From an uncultured archaeon (GTDB taxonomy: Archaea; Asgardarchaeota; Lokiarchaeia; Sigyniarchaeales; SOKP01): a stretch of DNA of 15,015 nucleotides. The notes under the pieces are model-generated. The model ran no database searches. It saw only the letters and a program-made list of their open reading frames with translations, and was not told the origin of the DNA. The stretch covers positions 1 through 15,015 of the forward strand of contig CAYUTF010000067.1 in assembly GCA_964447495.1 (NCBI GenBank). Reading direction: 5' to 3'. Shown one piece after another: positions 1 through 9,785 of this stretch (position 1 is its first letter; each line of letters begins with the position of its first letter). A program made the translations under genes and the position numbers.

Positions 1-311
1 TCTTCAACATAATCATCCATATTCATAAAAAGAATTTCTATCTTTGCTGTACCTGTTAGTTCCTCTATATCTTTATCTAAATGCTTTTCTACTTGATTTA
101 ATAAACCTAATTTCAACTTTGGATCTAATTCATATTTTGAAATTAAACGATTCATCTCTTCTATGATAATATTTAAACTTAAATTCCAATCCTTATTTTC
201 TTTATATCTTGGAATAAGAATATCACTGATTATTACCTCAAAAAGTGTTTCTGGTGCTTTTTCGTCAAACTCCAATTCAAATTTTGTACTTAATTTAATA
301 GTTTCAACCAA
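1..311 (-). CDS. Hypothetical protein, N-terminal part (runs off the window edge)
   Basis: Not in the ORF track. TTG start at 311 with a GAGGT RBS at 317-321. The frame stays open to position 1: MVETIKLSTKFELEFDEKAPETLFEVIISDILIPRYKENKDWNLSLNIIIEEMNRLISKYELDPKLKLGLLNQVEKHLDKDIEELTGTAKIEILFMNMDDYVE... Confidence 0.8.
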   Translation of the reverse strand, partial: MVETIKLSTKFELEFDEKAPETLFEVIISDILIPRYKENKDWNLSLNIIIEEMNRLISKYELDPKLKLGLLNQVEKHLDKDIEELTGTAKIEILFMNMDDYVE

Positions 312-562
312 TTTAAACCTCAACTCAAAAATAAAATAAAATTATATTCTTATTAAATAATAGACTATTTTTTTTTAACTTTTTGCACTTCTATAGCAAT
401 TCATTCAATAAAAAAAAAATCTGAATCGTTTCACAATAATTTTTTCTCAAGTTATCATTAAATAAAATTAAATTAACAATCCTTCCAAAATGTATAATAG
501 TGACAACATCCATTTTAAACCCATATCTAATTAATAATTTATTTTTAATAATAGTGAGAATC

Positions 563-934
563 ATGTCAAAAACTGTTTCAGATAACCAATATCGTCAACC
601 CCTTATAAAAAAGGGCTATATTAAGATCCTTTTATCAGCATTTTTTATGTTAATTTGTGGGTTAATAATTACGTCAATAATATCTTTCGTTCCTAGAGTT
701 TTCATTGGCAACCCTGGTTACCAAGATTATCAGAACTTTGCACGAATTAGTTCAGGTATTGCAAAATTATTTATTGAAATCGGATTAGTACTTTTTTCAA
801 TTTCCTCTTTTTTAGGAGCAATATCCGATGCAAACCTTGGAGATAATGTTAAGCGAGGAATGATGATTGCTTCGGGAATATCGATATTCGGTTTAATCAT
901 TGTTTTCCTTTTCCCATTAATGTATATATATTAA
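563..934 (+). CDS. Hypothetical membrane protein (about 3 TM helices)
   Basis: Three hydrophobic stretches. The ATG at 563 (MSKTVS, preceded by GTGAG) is a likelier start than the GTG at 500. Confidence 0.75.
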   Translation: MSKTVSDNQYRQPLIKKGYIKILLSAFFMLICGLIITSIISFVPRVFIGNPGYQDYQNFARISSGIAKLFIEIGLVLFSISSFLGAISDANLGDNVKRGMMIASGISIFGLIIVFLFPLMYIY

Positions 935-1578
935 AATATTATGATTTTTAATTATTGAGCCGCATAAAGGAGTAAAATTGGATTTTGAGTATTTATAGAT
1001 TAGCAAAATATACTAGGTGACTAATAGAATTTAAATTGAAATAAAAGAGAAAGAATAACATCCTAATATAGAAATCCAATATGGAATGGGTATAGACAGA
1101 GTACAATAATTACTTTTTATTCTTCACCGAAATTACTCAAATAATAAAATCTTTTTTCTCTAAAACTCAATGATTAAAAGGAAGTAGTAAAATCGGAAAC
1201 CACGAGTAGATCAAAACTTTAAAAAGAGGAGACGTATTTATCTAATAACAGGGTTAAGGGTTGAGGTATTTAACCGATCTTCCATCGGCTTTAGGTATAA
1301 GAATATATTTTGCTATCATGGCTCCGATTTTTTTGTTATAAGTATATATTAATTGAAGTTATTTAAATATCTATCTTTTCATAGGATAAAAGGGAAAATC
1401 GATTTTGATAAGCGAAAGGGTTCTAAAAGTCAAACAATTAGCTATAATTATTAAACCAACATTTTTCTATTTTCATAAGGGTTATATGTAAATTCTAATA
1501 ATCTTAAACCTATAAAGAAATCATACTGAAAATATTGGCATAACAGTGAGATATTATTTGTATCTACATTTATATATA

Positions 1579-2406
1579 TTAATCAATTATTTTCTTCTTT
1601 ATTTTTTTGAAAATATTATAACCTAAATTTATTTTCTGTTCATTAACTAAATCAATTAGAATATTATAGATCATAAATTCTCCATACTTTTCATTAAAAC
1701 GTTTTATAATTGATTTCAGATGTTTTTTTTTGGTGATAGAATTTTTCCTACGAGTAACTATAAATGCTTCCATTTTTTTCTTTAGCGTTAATTTGATATT
1801 TTTATCATAAAATCGAGCAATTTTAAATCCAGAGAATTTTGTACAAAACATATTCCAGTTCGGAATCAGCCTAAAATTAATATCTCGATAAAAGTATGTA
1901 TTATAACCTGATTTAAAGATTCCTCTTTTCTTTTTTTTAATAACTTTGGAAAAATGCAAAGCAAACGGTTTATTAAGTCCTATCTTATTTTCCTGAACAT
2001 TCAAATTGACATAATAAACCCTCCCTCCATACATTTTATGGAGGAATTTTTCTGAAGGGCTTATTTTCTGTTCTTTAGAATGGCGTGGATATTTTTTAGA
2101 TGCAACACAATTTCCTTCTCCGTGGATAAGCCATAATACATAAATTCCCAAGTGATTATAATCGTTACTTCTTTGAATAATTTCATTTACAGAAATTTTT
2201 GAATTTTGAATTTCAACGACAATCTCCTCTCCAGACTTTAGTTTAAAATAGACATCAGCAAACCTATTCCCAAAATATTTCTCTATAGCTCTTATCGATA
2301 TTGTATTAGTATTCTCATAGATATAATCATAAATTAATTGTTTTATCGCTTTATGGTAATATGATTCAGATGAGGTACTTACTAAAGCAGTGTCTTTCAT
2401 ATTCAT
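1579..2406 (-). CDS. CoiA-like PD-(D/E)xK nuclease family protein
   Basis: ESYYH..K, then FADVY and VVEIQNS (D...E-x-Q), R+SNDY and YVLWL, which is the CoiA-like nuclease pattern. The C-terminus is basic. Confidence 0.7.
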   Translation of the reverse strand: MNMKDTALVSTSSESYYHKAIKQLIYDYIYENTNTISIRAIEKYFGNRFADVYFKLKSGEEIVVEIQNSKISVNEIIQRSNDYNHLGIYVLWLIHGEGNCVASKKYPRHSKEQKISPSEKFLHKMYGGRVYYVNLNVQENKIGLNKPFALHFSKVIKKKKRGIFKSGYNTYFYRDINFRLIPNWNMFCTKFSGFKIARFYDKNIKLTLKKKMEAFIVTRRKNSITKKKHLKSIIKRFNEKYGEFMIYNILIDLVNEQKINLGYNIFKKIKKKIID

Positions 2407-2584
2407 TCTTCAACGAGGATTTTCATATTTAAATGAATTTATGACATGTTCATAAAAAAAAGAAGACTCTTTTCGAATTTTATGAATTTTTGTATGATTT
2501 TTCTTTTATATAGATCTAAAATTATAATAATTCACTTATCTGTAGGCAATTATAAATAATTAAAAATAACTAAAGGTGAGACAT

Positions 2585-3304
2585 ATGGTTGATAAACATA
2601 GTCAAAGTTTTTTTGGGCAATCGTCTGGGATTACTCTCGTTAGTACCTCAAAAAGTAATGACTATATCTTTTTTAAATGTATAAAGAAAAAAGAGAATGG
2701 TATTTGGGAAAAACCATCGCTAAAAGAAGGAAAAACAATTAAATGCAATTTAGATGAGATTGTGATGATATTAGAGGTCCTAAGAGGAAAAAGAAAAGTA
2801 TGGAGTAGTTACCATAACTTTAATGAGAATAAGACTTCGATCTCGTTCAAGTGGGATGAGAACAGTAATGATAAGCTTTATATTAATATCGCCAATTACT
2901 CTAAAATGCTTTCATTTTCTCAAATTGAGATCTTACGAATGCTTTTACAACACCTACTTAAAGAAAAGATAATTCACGCGACAATTCCAAAGAAAAGGAG
3001 TTTTAAATCAGAAAGAGGTGCGCAGGGTAAATTAAAAGAATTTAGTGATAATGAAAATGATGATTTGCCCGTAATTATTGAAGAGAAAATTAATATGGAT
3101 GGTGAAAAAATAACAGAAGTCAATGGCTCAATTAAGGGGGAGTCAGAAAAAGCATTACTCCTAAATCTTACGAATGGAAAAGAAATGTGGTTTCCGAAAT
3201 CGGTTATCCATTCAAACTATATACCAGAGAAAGAAGTAAATCAATCTTTTAAGATTGATAGCTGGATCTTAAAGAAGAATAATATTATTGTTAAAACTAT
3301 GTAA
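2585..3304 (+). CDS. Hypothetical two-domain protein, possibly nucleic-acid binding (PC4/Whirly-like N-terminal domain, small beta-barrel C-terminal domain)
   Basis: ATG at 2585 follows an AGGTGA RBS. The N-terminal domain has a beta-beta-beta-helix repeat (KKKENGIWEKPS..KTIKCNLDEIVMILEVL and YSKMLSFSQIEILRMLL). A charged linker precedes the C-terminal ESEKALLL...EMWFPKSVI motif. The fold is an inference. Confidence 0.5.
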   Translation: MVDKHSQSFFGQSSGITLVSTSKSNDYIFFKCIKKKENGIWEKPSLKEGKTIKCNLDEIVMILEVLRGKRKVWSSYHNFNENKTSISFKWDENSNDKLYINIANYSKMLSFSQIEILRMLLQHLLKEKIIHATIPKKRSFKSERGAQGKLKEFSDNENDDLPVIIEEKINMDGEKITEVNGSIKGESEKALLLNLTNGKEMWFPKSVIHSNYIPEKEVNQSFKIDSWILKKNNIIVKTM

Positions 3305-3319
3305 ATTAAATTAAATATT

Positions 3320-4516
3320 CTATTCGAGATTTTTAATACTGGGAATGTACTTTTCATCACAAAGAATTTTAAGTTCTTTATTGTAATCAATCATTTTCTT
3401 AGCAATTTCTGGATGAGAAAGAAGTTGCAGTTCAGCTTTATCATTTCGATCCCATAAAAGATATGGAGTATCCTCATAGGGTAATAATTTTTTAACTTCA
3501 TTAATCCAACTCTCAGGTAATTCATTCTCTAGGTTTACATCAAGCATTTTTCCTAAAAATATTGTCCAAGCTCTTGGAACAACCGTCATTAAATAACCAC
3601 CTCCTCCTACTGCAATCCATTTGTTCTGACAATAATCACGAACACTGGTTCTAATTGTTTGAGCGATGTCTTTATATACTGATAAAGAGAGCCCCATTTG
3701 GGTTAAAGGGTCATCATAGTGCATGTCCACACCTAATTGGGTAAATAAGACGTCGGGAGAAAAGGTTTCTAAAATTCTTGGAACACAATATCGAAATAAC
3801 TTTAAAAACATTTTATTGCTTGTACCCGGAAGTAATGGGAAATTAATAGAAGAACCCTTTCCAGCGCCTTCTCCTGTCTCATTTGTGCTTCCACTTCCTG
3901 GAAATAAAAACTTTCCACTTTGGTGAAAAGATATGGTCAGAACCCTTGGATCATCATAAAAAATCCATTGTACACCATCCCCATGATGACAATCTATATC
4001 TAAATAAGCGATTCTGATATTTTTTTGTAGCGTCTTGAGATATTTTATTGCAACAGCAATGTCGTTAAAAATACAAAATCCAGATGCTCTATCTTTCAAT
4101 GCATGGTGAAGACCTCCAGCAGGATTAAATGCTATTGCGATATTATTATCATTCCAGACCATATCTGCTGCCATTATACTTGCTCCACAAACTAACGCTG
4201 ATGCTTCATACATACCCTTAAAGATGGGATTATCTCCTGGTCCTAAACCGTATACAAATGGAGAAATATTTGGTTCCCTTGGATTGATGCTTAGCTTTTC
4301 TACGGCATTTACATATTCGAGAGAATGAACGCGTAATATTTCTTCTTTGGACGCTGGTTTAGGCGTTCTAATTTCAAGCGATTTATTTCTTAGTAATCCT
4401 AATTTTTCCATTAAGCTATATGTCAGTTGTAATCTTAGGGGTCTAAGTGGATGGTCTTGACCAAAATTATAATCTTGATATTTATCTGTATAAATTAATC
4501 CAACTTTGTCCACCAT
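3320..4516 (-). CDS. acuC: Zn-dependent deacetylase, HDAC class I / AcuC family
   Basis: HPLRPLRL, GGLHHA...ASGFC, YLDIDCHHGDGVQ, SFHQSG..LFPGSG, QLGVDMHYDDPL and GGGGY motifs. Confidence 0.92.
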   Translation of the reverse strand: MVDKVGLIYTDKYQDYNFGQDHPLRPLRLQLTYSLMEKLGLLRNKSLEIRTPKPASKEEILRVHSLEYVNAVEKLSINPREPNISPFVYGLGPGDNPIFKGMYEASALVCGASIMAADMVWNDNNIAIAFNPAGGLHHALKDRASGFCIFNDIAVAIKYLKTLQKNIRIAYLDIDCHHGDGVQWIFYDDPRVLTISFHQSGKFLFPGSGSTNETGEGAGKGSSINFPLLPGTSNKMFLKLFRYCVPRILETFSPDVLFTQLGVDMHYDDPLTQMGLSLSVYKDIAQTIRTSVRDYCQNKWIAVGGGGYLMTVVPRAWTIFLGKMLDVNLENELPESWINEVKKLLPYEDTPYLLWDRNDKAELQLLSHPEIAKKMIDYNKELKILCDEKYIPSIKNLE

Positions 4517-4721
4517 AATAATATTAAGAATACTAAATCCTATTAATTTTTTTTAAGTTGTTCTAATAAGTGATTTAAGCTAAAAACCTATATTTTCTTA
4601 TTTCTTTATCATGAGTTTAGACTATTGCTAAAATACAAACAATTATATTATTTCAATATCATATAAAAAAATAAAGAAATACATTAATAGATTATCGTAA
4701 ACTACTTTTCGGAATGAGATA

Positions 4722-5276
4722 ATGAGTCAACGATTTAAAAATTTTGCAGCAAGAGTTGCGAAAGATAACGAATTCAAGCCACTTAAAAACCAGCTGTTAA
4801 ATTATCTAAAAAAAGAAAGTCAGAACAAGTATAAAAATTATCCAAGGCTCATAGAGTTGATGAAGAAATATTGGCCAAAATATAAAGAGGGTTCACGGAT
4901 ATCATATCTTTTAAAAGATCATTACGAAGAGATTTTTTATTTCTATCTTAATACTATTTTCCCCTTTCGGAAAAGAGGTCTCTCTTTTTTAAATCCAGAA
5001 GCACCTACTCCTGTTGATTTTAAGCTGGAATATCGCTATAGATATAATTCATACGAGATTCAAACAATCCAGAAATTAATGGGAGAAATGAATCTTGAAG
5101 GAAAAATTGAAGCGATTTTAAAAAGATTATTGATATTTGCGGTAAGTTCATTTAGCCCCATGATAGAAGAGATTTTTAAAAGACCATTTGCATTTCAATT
5201 TTCAAGTATTGATGCCCATCGATTAGATAATGGAGAATGGGATGTAATTGCGATAATCTCTGCGCGTGAACAATAA
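4722..5276 (+). CDS. Hypothetical protein
   Basis: 184-aa ORF filling the gap between neighbours. No recognisable motif. Confidence 0.7.
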   Translation: MSQRFKNFAARVAKDNEFKPLKNQLLNYLKKESQNKYKNYPRLIELMKKYWPKYKEGSRISYLLKDHYEEIFYFYLNTIFPFRKRGLSFLNPEAPTPVDFKLEYRYRYNSYEIQTIQKLMGEMNLEGKIEAILKRLLIFAVSSFSPMIEEIFKRPFAFQFSSIDAHRLDNGEWDVIAIISAREQ

Positions 5277-5294
5277 AAATTAGAGAAAATAGGG

Positions 5295-5723
5295 TTATTT
5301 AGTTAAATATGATCCTAAATCCATCATCTCACCATCCCCAATCTTCACCTGGATCTTTCCTTTAACTCCTTTAATTTTACGTTCCAGATAGATGATAACA
5401 TCTAATGGAATTCTTCTAGGAATTCCTCCTTGTCGTCTAATTATAGAAATTAACAGGTCTATATTTTGGATTACATCAGGACTGATTAATTCATTATAAA
5501 TTCCTTGAAAAACACCTGGTTCTTCAGTTCGCAATTTGTTTAAATAATTATAGGCATCAGGGAATAATACAATTTGTAATACATAATTGATTTTTTCTGC
5601 AATACTTATTTGCTTTTGTTGAGAATTTTCCTTAAGTTTTTGAGCATCCATGATAGCTCTCATCTTTCGTAATTTAATCTTCTCTAATTCATGTTCATCA
5701 TATTTCTCTTCTTTATCATTCAT
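5295..5723 (-). CDS. PDCD5/TFAR19-like DNA-binding protein (divergent)
   Basis: DEHELEKIKLRKMRAI...QQ...VLQIVLFPDAYNYLNKLRTEEP resembles the PDCD5 pattern (ELxxIRxxRxxEL...LxxILxxEARxRLxxIxxxxP). Confidence 0.65.
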   Translation of the reverse strand: MNDKEEKYDEHELEKIKLRKMRAIMDAQKLKENSQQKQISIAEKINYVLQIVLFPDAYNYLNKLRTEEPGVFQGIYNELISPDVIQNIDLLISIIRRQGGIPRRIPLDVIIYLERKIKGVKGKIQVKIGDGEMMDLGSYLTK

Positions 5724-5754
5724 ATTTTATCCCTTAATTCAGGTTTTTAACAAT

Positions 5755-6681
5755 TTAACAATTTACAATTTTTAAAGCAATTCCTAATGCCCTTATTCCA
5801 TCATCTAAACTAACATTAAGCTCCTTATCATAAAGAAAATGTAATATTTCTCTTTTTAATGGCTCATCTTGTCGAAGGGGTGTATAAATAATATCTTTTG
5901 TTATCGGCCACTCACCTTGTAGATCAATTCCCTTACGGATAGTAATGGTCTGACCGATAAAGTCGATTGATAGCCCGCCATTTTCCCCATTAATATACAT
6001 TCCTCTAAATTTAGAAGGAGTTAACCAGTTGGATTCGATTTCTCCAATTGCTGTTCCAAAATCTAATATAATAAAGGCAGCGTCAGCATGAGCCGTATCT
6101 TTATAACACTTTTTAACCCCAAACGCATTCACTATTTTATTTTTTCCCATAACTCTCTCTTGTAGATAAATATCATGAATTGATAAATCAAGGATAACAC
6201 CCATGTCCCAATTTCGTTTTGGATACAAGCCAATTCGTTTAGAAGCAATTGAAATGATTTCTCCTATTTCGGGGAGATAAGTTAATAATTTTTCAAAAGC
6301 TGGATTAAATAATTCGATAAAACCGGGCATAATTCTAACATTTTCATATTTTTTCAGTTCAATTAACTCCTCAATATTTAAGGCCATAGGCTTTTCCATT
6401 AACGTATCTATTCCCGCCTCAACACACTTCTTTGCGATGAGAGGAATCTGTTTTGGGGGAGTTACTACACTTACAGCCTCAATATCCTCATTTTTAATTA
6501 AATCATCAACACTAGTATAAGTATTGACATTTTCATATTCTTCAGCAGATAAATTTACACGTTCTTCATTTGTATCGCAGATTGCTATAAGTTTAGAGAG
6601 ATTATGAAAATTTCTTATGTGTGCTCTGCCAAACCAGCCAGCTCCAATAACAGCAGTCTTCTTCTTTTTCATTAATCTCAT
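5755..6681 (-). CDS. Gfo/Idh/MocA family NAD(P)-dependent oxidoreductase
   Basis: AVIGAGWFG..H Rossmann motif, VVTPP, MEKPMA, GFIELFNP, GVILDLSIHD and SNWLTP. The start may be at the second Met. Confidence 0.92.
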   Translation of the reverse strand: MRLMKKKKTAVIGAGWFGRAHIRNFHNLSKLIAICDTNEERVNLSAEEYENVNTYTSVDDLIKNEDIEAVSVVTPPKQIPLIAKKCVEAGIDTLMEKPMALNIEELIELKKYENVRIMPGFIELFNPAFEKLLTYLPEIGEIISIASKRIGLYPKRNWDMGVILDLSIHDIYLQERVMGKNKIVNAFGVKKCYKDTAHADAAFIILDFGTAIGEIESNWLTPSKFRGMYINGENGGLSIDFIGQTITIRKGIDLQGEWPITKDIIYTPLRQDEPLKREILHFLYDKELNVSLDDGIRALGIALKIVNC

Positions 6682-7012
6682 TCTAACCTATAATATTTAT
6701 TAATAATAGAGCCTACAATAAGAATTTTATTAACTTCATATAAGGAGTTAAACTTTATTGGTAAGCATTGTCTAAATGAAAAATAAAATGTATCATGAAA
6801 ATTATTATGAAAATGTTAACTTTTTTGTTTCTCTTTTTAATCTCTACTATAACTTTTTCTTATAGGTTGTTTTACAATAAGCGAAATAGCACTATTAAGA
6901 AGGAAAAAGAAAAAATACTATCACTTTTTTTTTCTTTTGTCTGATTTTCAATACTCACAAATTAAAGAGAAAGTAAAAAAAAAATCTGAATAAATACTTT
7001 AGAAAATTCAAA

Positions 7013-7321
7013 TTACTCCTGATTCTTTTTACGGTAAGAGATTAACTTGAATACAGCGAAAATTATGACAACTGATAGACTAATTCCTATAATAGCAGCT
7101 ATATAATTATTTTCAATCCAACTTAGGAATGGAATCCATGGTGAGGCAAGATTTTCTAGCCATGATTCTCCGTTACTATCAATAATAACCCTCTCTAATC
7201 CATCAGGATCCTCAGAAAGAATACCCAAAGGATAACCAATGGCAATCATTACTAATAGGATAACCAAAACGAGTAATAAAGAGGCAAATATTTTCCTATG
7301 ACTTCTAAAGTTTAATTTCAA
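7013..7321 (-). CDS. Ni/Co ECF transporter component NikN/CbiN-like (PDGLE domain)
   Basis: SEDPDGLE motif between two TM helices. Directly abuts the cbiM/nikM gene. Confidence 0.85.
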   Translation of the reverse strand: MKLNFRSHRKIFASLLLVLVILLVMIAIGYPLGILSEDPDGLERVIIDSNGESWLENLASPWIPFLSWIENNYIAAIIGISLSVVIIFAVFKLISYRKKNQE

Positions 7322-7993
7322 TTAGCTCACCCCTAAATAAGATTCAGTCAATATCATATTTGGTTTCACTTTGTAAATGTAGAATATTATTAATCCAGAA
7401 ATTAACGCTTCTCCTATACCAATGAAAATGTGCCAAAATACCATTGCAGAGATAGAAATTTCCATAGGGATAGCTCCAGCTAATCCAATTTCAACTCCAC
7501 AAACGAAAGCAGCGAATAAGATTGCAATATAAGACCCTATTGCTGTTGAAATCGTCACTTTTAATTCTTTTTTCATCGAAGTTTTATTTAAAATTCTAAT
7601 TAAAGCTAGTACTATGTAGAATCCTATTATTCCTCCAATTATTCCCATATTAAATGCATTAGCTCCAAGAGCTGTAATCCCGCCATCTCCAAAAAAGCTC
7701 TGAACAACTAATATGAGAAATAAAACAATTACTGAAGCCCATGGACCAAGAATAACTGCTACTAATGTCCCACCGACTAAATGACCTGAAGTACCTCCGG
7801 GTATGGGATAATTAACAAATTGAAATGCAAATATCACCGCAGCTAAAACTCCAATATATGGGATAATCTTGTCAGATTCTTCGTTCTGAAATACTTTTTT
7901 CAATCGAAAATATGCTAAAATTAATACTGCAACAATTATCACCCAAAGGGAAATTGTAGTTATAGGATCAAGTAACCCATCTGGTAAATGCAT
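7322..7993 (-). CDS. cbiM: Ni/Co ECF transporter substrate-binding component CbiM/NikM
   Basis: N-terminal metal-binding MHLPDG, PGGTSGH, GDGGITALGAN and HIFIGIGEA. Confidence 0.92.
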   Translation of the reverse strand: MHLPDGLLDPITTISLWVIIVAVLILAYFRLKKVFQNEESDKIIPYIGVLAAVIFAFQFVNYPIPGGTSGHLVGGTLVAVILGPWASVIVLFLILVVQSFFGDGGITALGANAFNMGIIGGIIGFYIVLALIRILNKTSMKKELKVTISTAIGSYIAILFAAFVCGVEIGLAGAIPMEISISAMVFWHIFIGIGEALISGLIIFYIYKVKPNMILTESYLGVS

Positions 7994-8188
7994 ATTTTTT
8001 CCTCTATTTTATAATCGTTTAATTTTATTACAATCAAATATTATTTCTTTATAATTTAGTATTACTTTTAAAGAATATGAATAATCTGGAAGATAGTATG
8101 AAGTCAGAATCACTGAACTCTCTATTATATATAATTTATAATTGAAACCCAAAATATAATATCATAACTATTACAGGAGAAACATTTA

Positions 8189-8995
8189 ATGAAAACAGAT
8201 TTGCCTTTCAAACATGAAAATCAAAAAAACTTTTTCAATAAAATTCATCCGCTAACTCGTTTTATTTTCCCATTCATACTAATTATCCCTACATTATTTC
8301 AAAATGATATTTTTTTAATTCTTACAGTATTAATTATTGTACTCATACTAAGTCTAGTTTTACGACTACAATTGATTGAAGTCCTTTCACGCATTAAATT
8401 CATTGTTGGATTTTTACTTTTGATATTAATCTTTATACCTTTTTATGTAGGAGAAAATATAGTGTTCAATGTCAACATTGGTATACAAATAATTATTTAT
8501 CAAGAAGGTATAGAATTGATGATTCTTATTTTTCTTCGAGTGTTCACAGCAGCACTAACATTTGTAGTTTTTTTCACGTCCCTAACGTATTCTGAATTTA
8601 TCGAAGCACTTATCACTATCCGAATTATTCCTTCAATATTAGTTGGTAGCATAATTATCATGTTACACTATATTCCTATTTTAGCTTCTTCAAATAAGAA
8701 AGTGCTTGAAGCTCAAGAACTAAGAGGGAAAAATATGTCGAAATATTCAACAAAATTGAAAACACATGCCTTTATCATGGGGAAAAATCTCATAAATAAT
8801 ATGGAACGAAGTGAAAGGTTATATGAAAGCCTAAAAATGCGCGGTTTTACTGGAAAAATTACATTTATCCCTCCCAGATTCAGGATTATCGATTATTTAA
8901 TCATAATCGGGACAATATTATTTATGATAATTATCGCCTATGTAATTAATCTACAATTACTTTTTCAAGAGGTTATTTTCTTATTTTTGCCGTAG
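8189..8995 (+). CDS. cbiQ: ECF transporter transmembrane component CbiQ/EcfT
   Basis: IHPLTR start, several TM helices, and the AQELRG and SLKMRGF coupling motifs. Confidence 0.9.
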   Translation: MKTDLPFKHENQKNFFNKIHPLTRFIFPFILIIPTLFQNDIFLILTVLIIVLILSLVLRLQLIEVLSRIKFIVGFLLLILIFIPFYVGENIVFNVNIGIQIIIYQEGIELMILIFLRVFTAALTFVVFFTSLTYSEFIEALITIRIIPSILVGSIIIMLHYIPILASSNKKVLEAQELRGKNMSKYSTKLKTHAFIMGKNLINNMERSERLYESLKMRGFTGKITFIPPRFRIIDYLIIIGTILFMIIIAYVINLQLLFQEVIFLFLP

Positions 8996-9729
8996 AAGTA
9001 GAAGATTTAGAATTCGCATATGATTCCGGATTTAAACTCAATAAATTATCTTTTAAAGTAGAAAAGAATTCAATCTATGCTCTAATTGGTAATAATGGAT
9101 CTGGTAAAACCACTATTTTGAGGTTGTTAGTTGGTCTTTTAAAAGCAGAAGTCGGAACAATCAAACTATTCAATGAAGAACTACAGTTGAACAAAAAAAA
9201 ATTATGGGAAATGCGACAATCAATCGGATTCTTATTCCAAAATCCAGATGATCAATTATTTGCTCCAACCGTTAGGGAGGACATAAGTTTTGGGGCACGG
9301 AACTTAAAATTGGAAGAAAAAGAAGTGAATCAGAGAGTTAAATGGGCATTAGAAGCTGTTAAACTCTCTGAATATGAAAATTTCTCACCATTTAACCTAT
9401 CTTGGGGACAGAGAAAAAGAGCTGCTTTGGCAGGTTTACTAGTTCTAAAACCAAAACTGCTTATCTTAGATGAACCTTTTGCTAACCTTGACTTTAAATC
9501 CATTTATAATCATTTAGAGATTCTGGAAAATTTACGGAAAGAAATTGATCTCACCATCATGTTTACAACACATAATCTTTTCTTTGTCGAACATTGGGCA
9601 AAAAAAATGCTATTTATTAATGATGGAAAGGCTATTTTCGAAGGAGACCCTCATGAAGGTTTAAATAATCCCAATGTAAAAACCCTATTAAGCTCTTATG
9701 ATGAAATTCTTAAGCTCATTCAAGAATAA
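8983..9729 (+). CDS. cbiO: ECF transporter ATPase CbiO/EcfA (true start lies upstream of the track's 9118 and appears non-canonical)
   Basis: The frame is open from 8950 and encodes IFAVEVEDLEFAY...ALIGNNGSGKTT (Walker A) upstream of 9118, then FQNPDDQ, LSWGQRKR, LILDEP and TTH. A GAGGT RBS sits at 8969-8973 and an ATT codon at 8983. Confidence 0.85.
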   Translation: MFAVEVEDLEFAYDSGFKLNKLSFKVEKNSIYALIGNNGSGKTTILRLLVGLLKAEVGTIKLFNEELQLNKKKLWEMRQSIGFLFQNPDDQLFAPTVREDISFGARNLKLEEKEVNQRVKWALEAVKLSEYENFSPFNLSWGQRKRAALAGLLVLKPKLLILDEPFANLDFKSIYNHLEILENLRKEIDLTIMFTTHNLFFVEHWAKKMLFINDGKAIFEGDPHEGLNNPNVKTLLSSYDEILKLIQE

Positions 9730-9772
9730 GGTTTGTAGGTTTCTAAGTAATTGAAGATCAAAAAGGTAGTAT

Positions 9773-9782
9773 AAAAAGAAAA
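9773..9782 (-). terminator. Oligo-U terminator candidate after the second tRNA-Tyr copy
   Basis: Minus strand reads TTTTCTTTTT just downstream of the acceptor-stem copy. Confidence 0.45.
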
Positions 9783-9785
9783 TAG

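Noticed and set aside
1-311. Ubiquitin-like partner for the E1/E2
   Set aside because: The translation looks largely helical and shows no beta-grasp pattern or Gly-Gly end within the window.
3723-3926. 67-aa plus-strand ORF
   Set aside because: Antisense shadow inside the deacetylase gene.
6682-7012. A/T tracts and short palindromes as a repeat array or CRISPR
   Set aside because: No regularly spaced repeats. The region is consistent with ordinary terminator and promoter sequence.
7994-8188. NikR operator palindrome
   Set aside because: Half-site-like hexamers are present but I found no properly spaced inverted pair, and the background is AT-rich.
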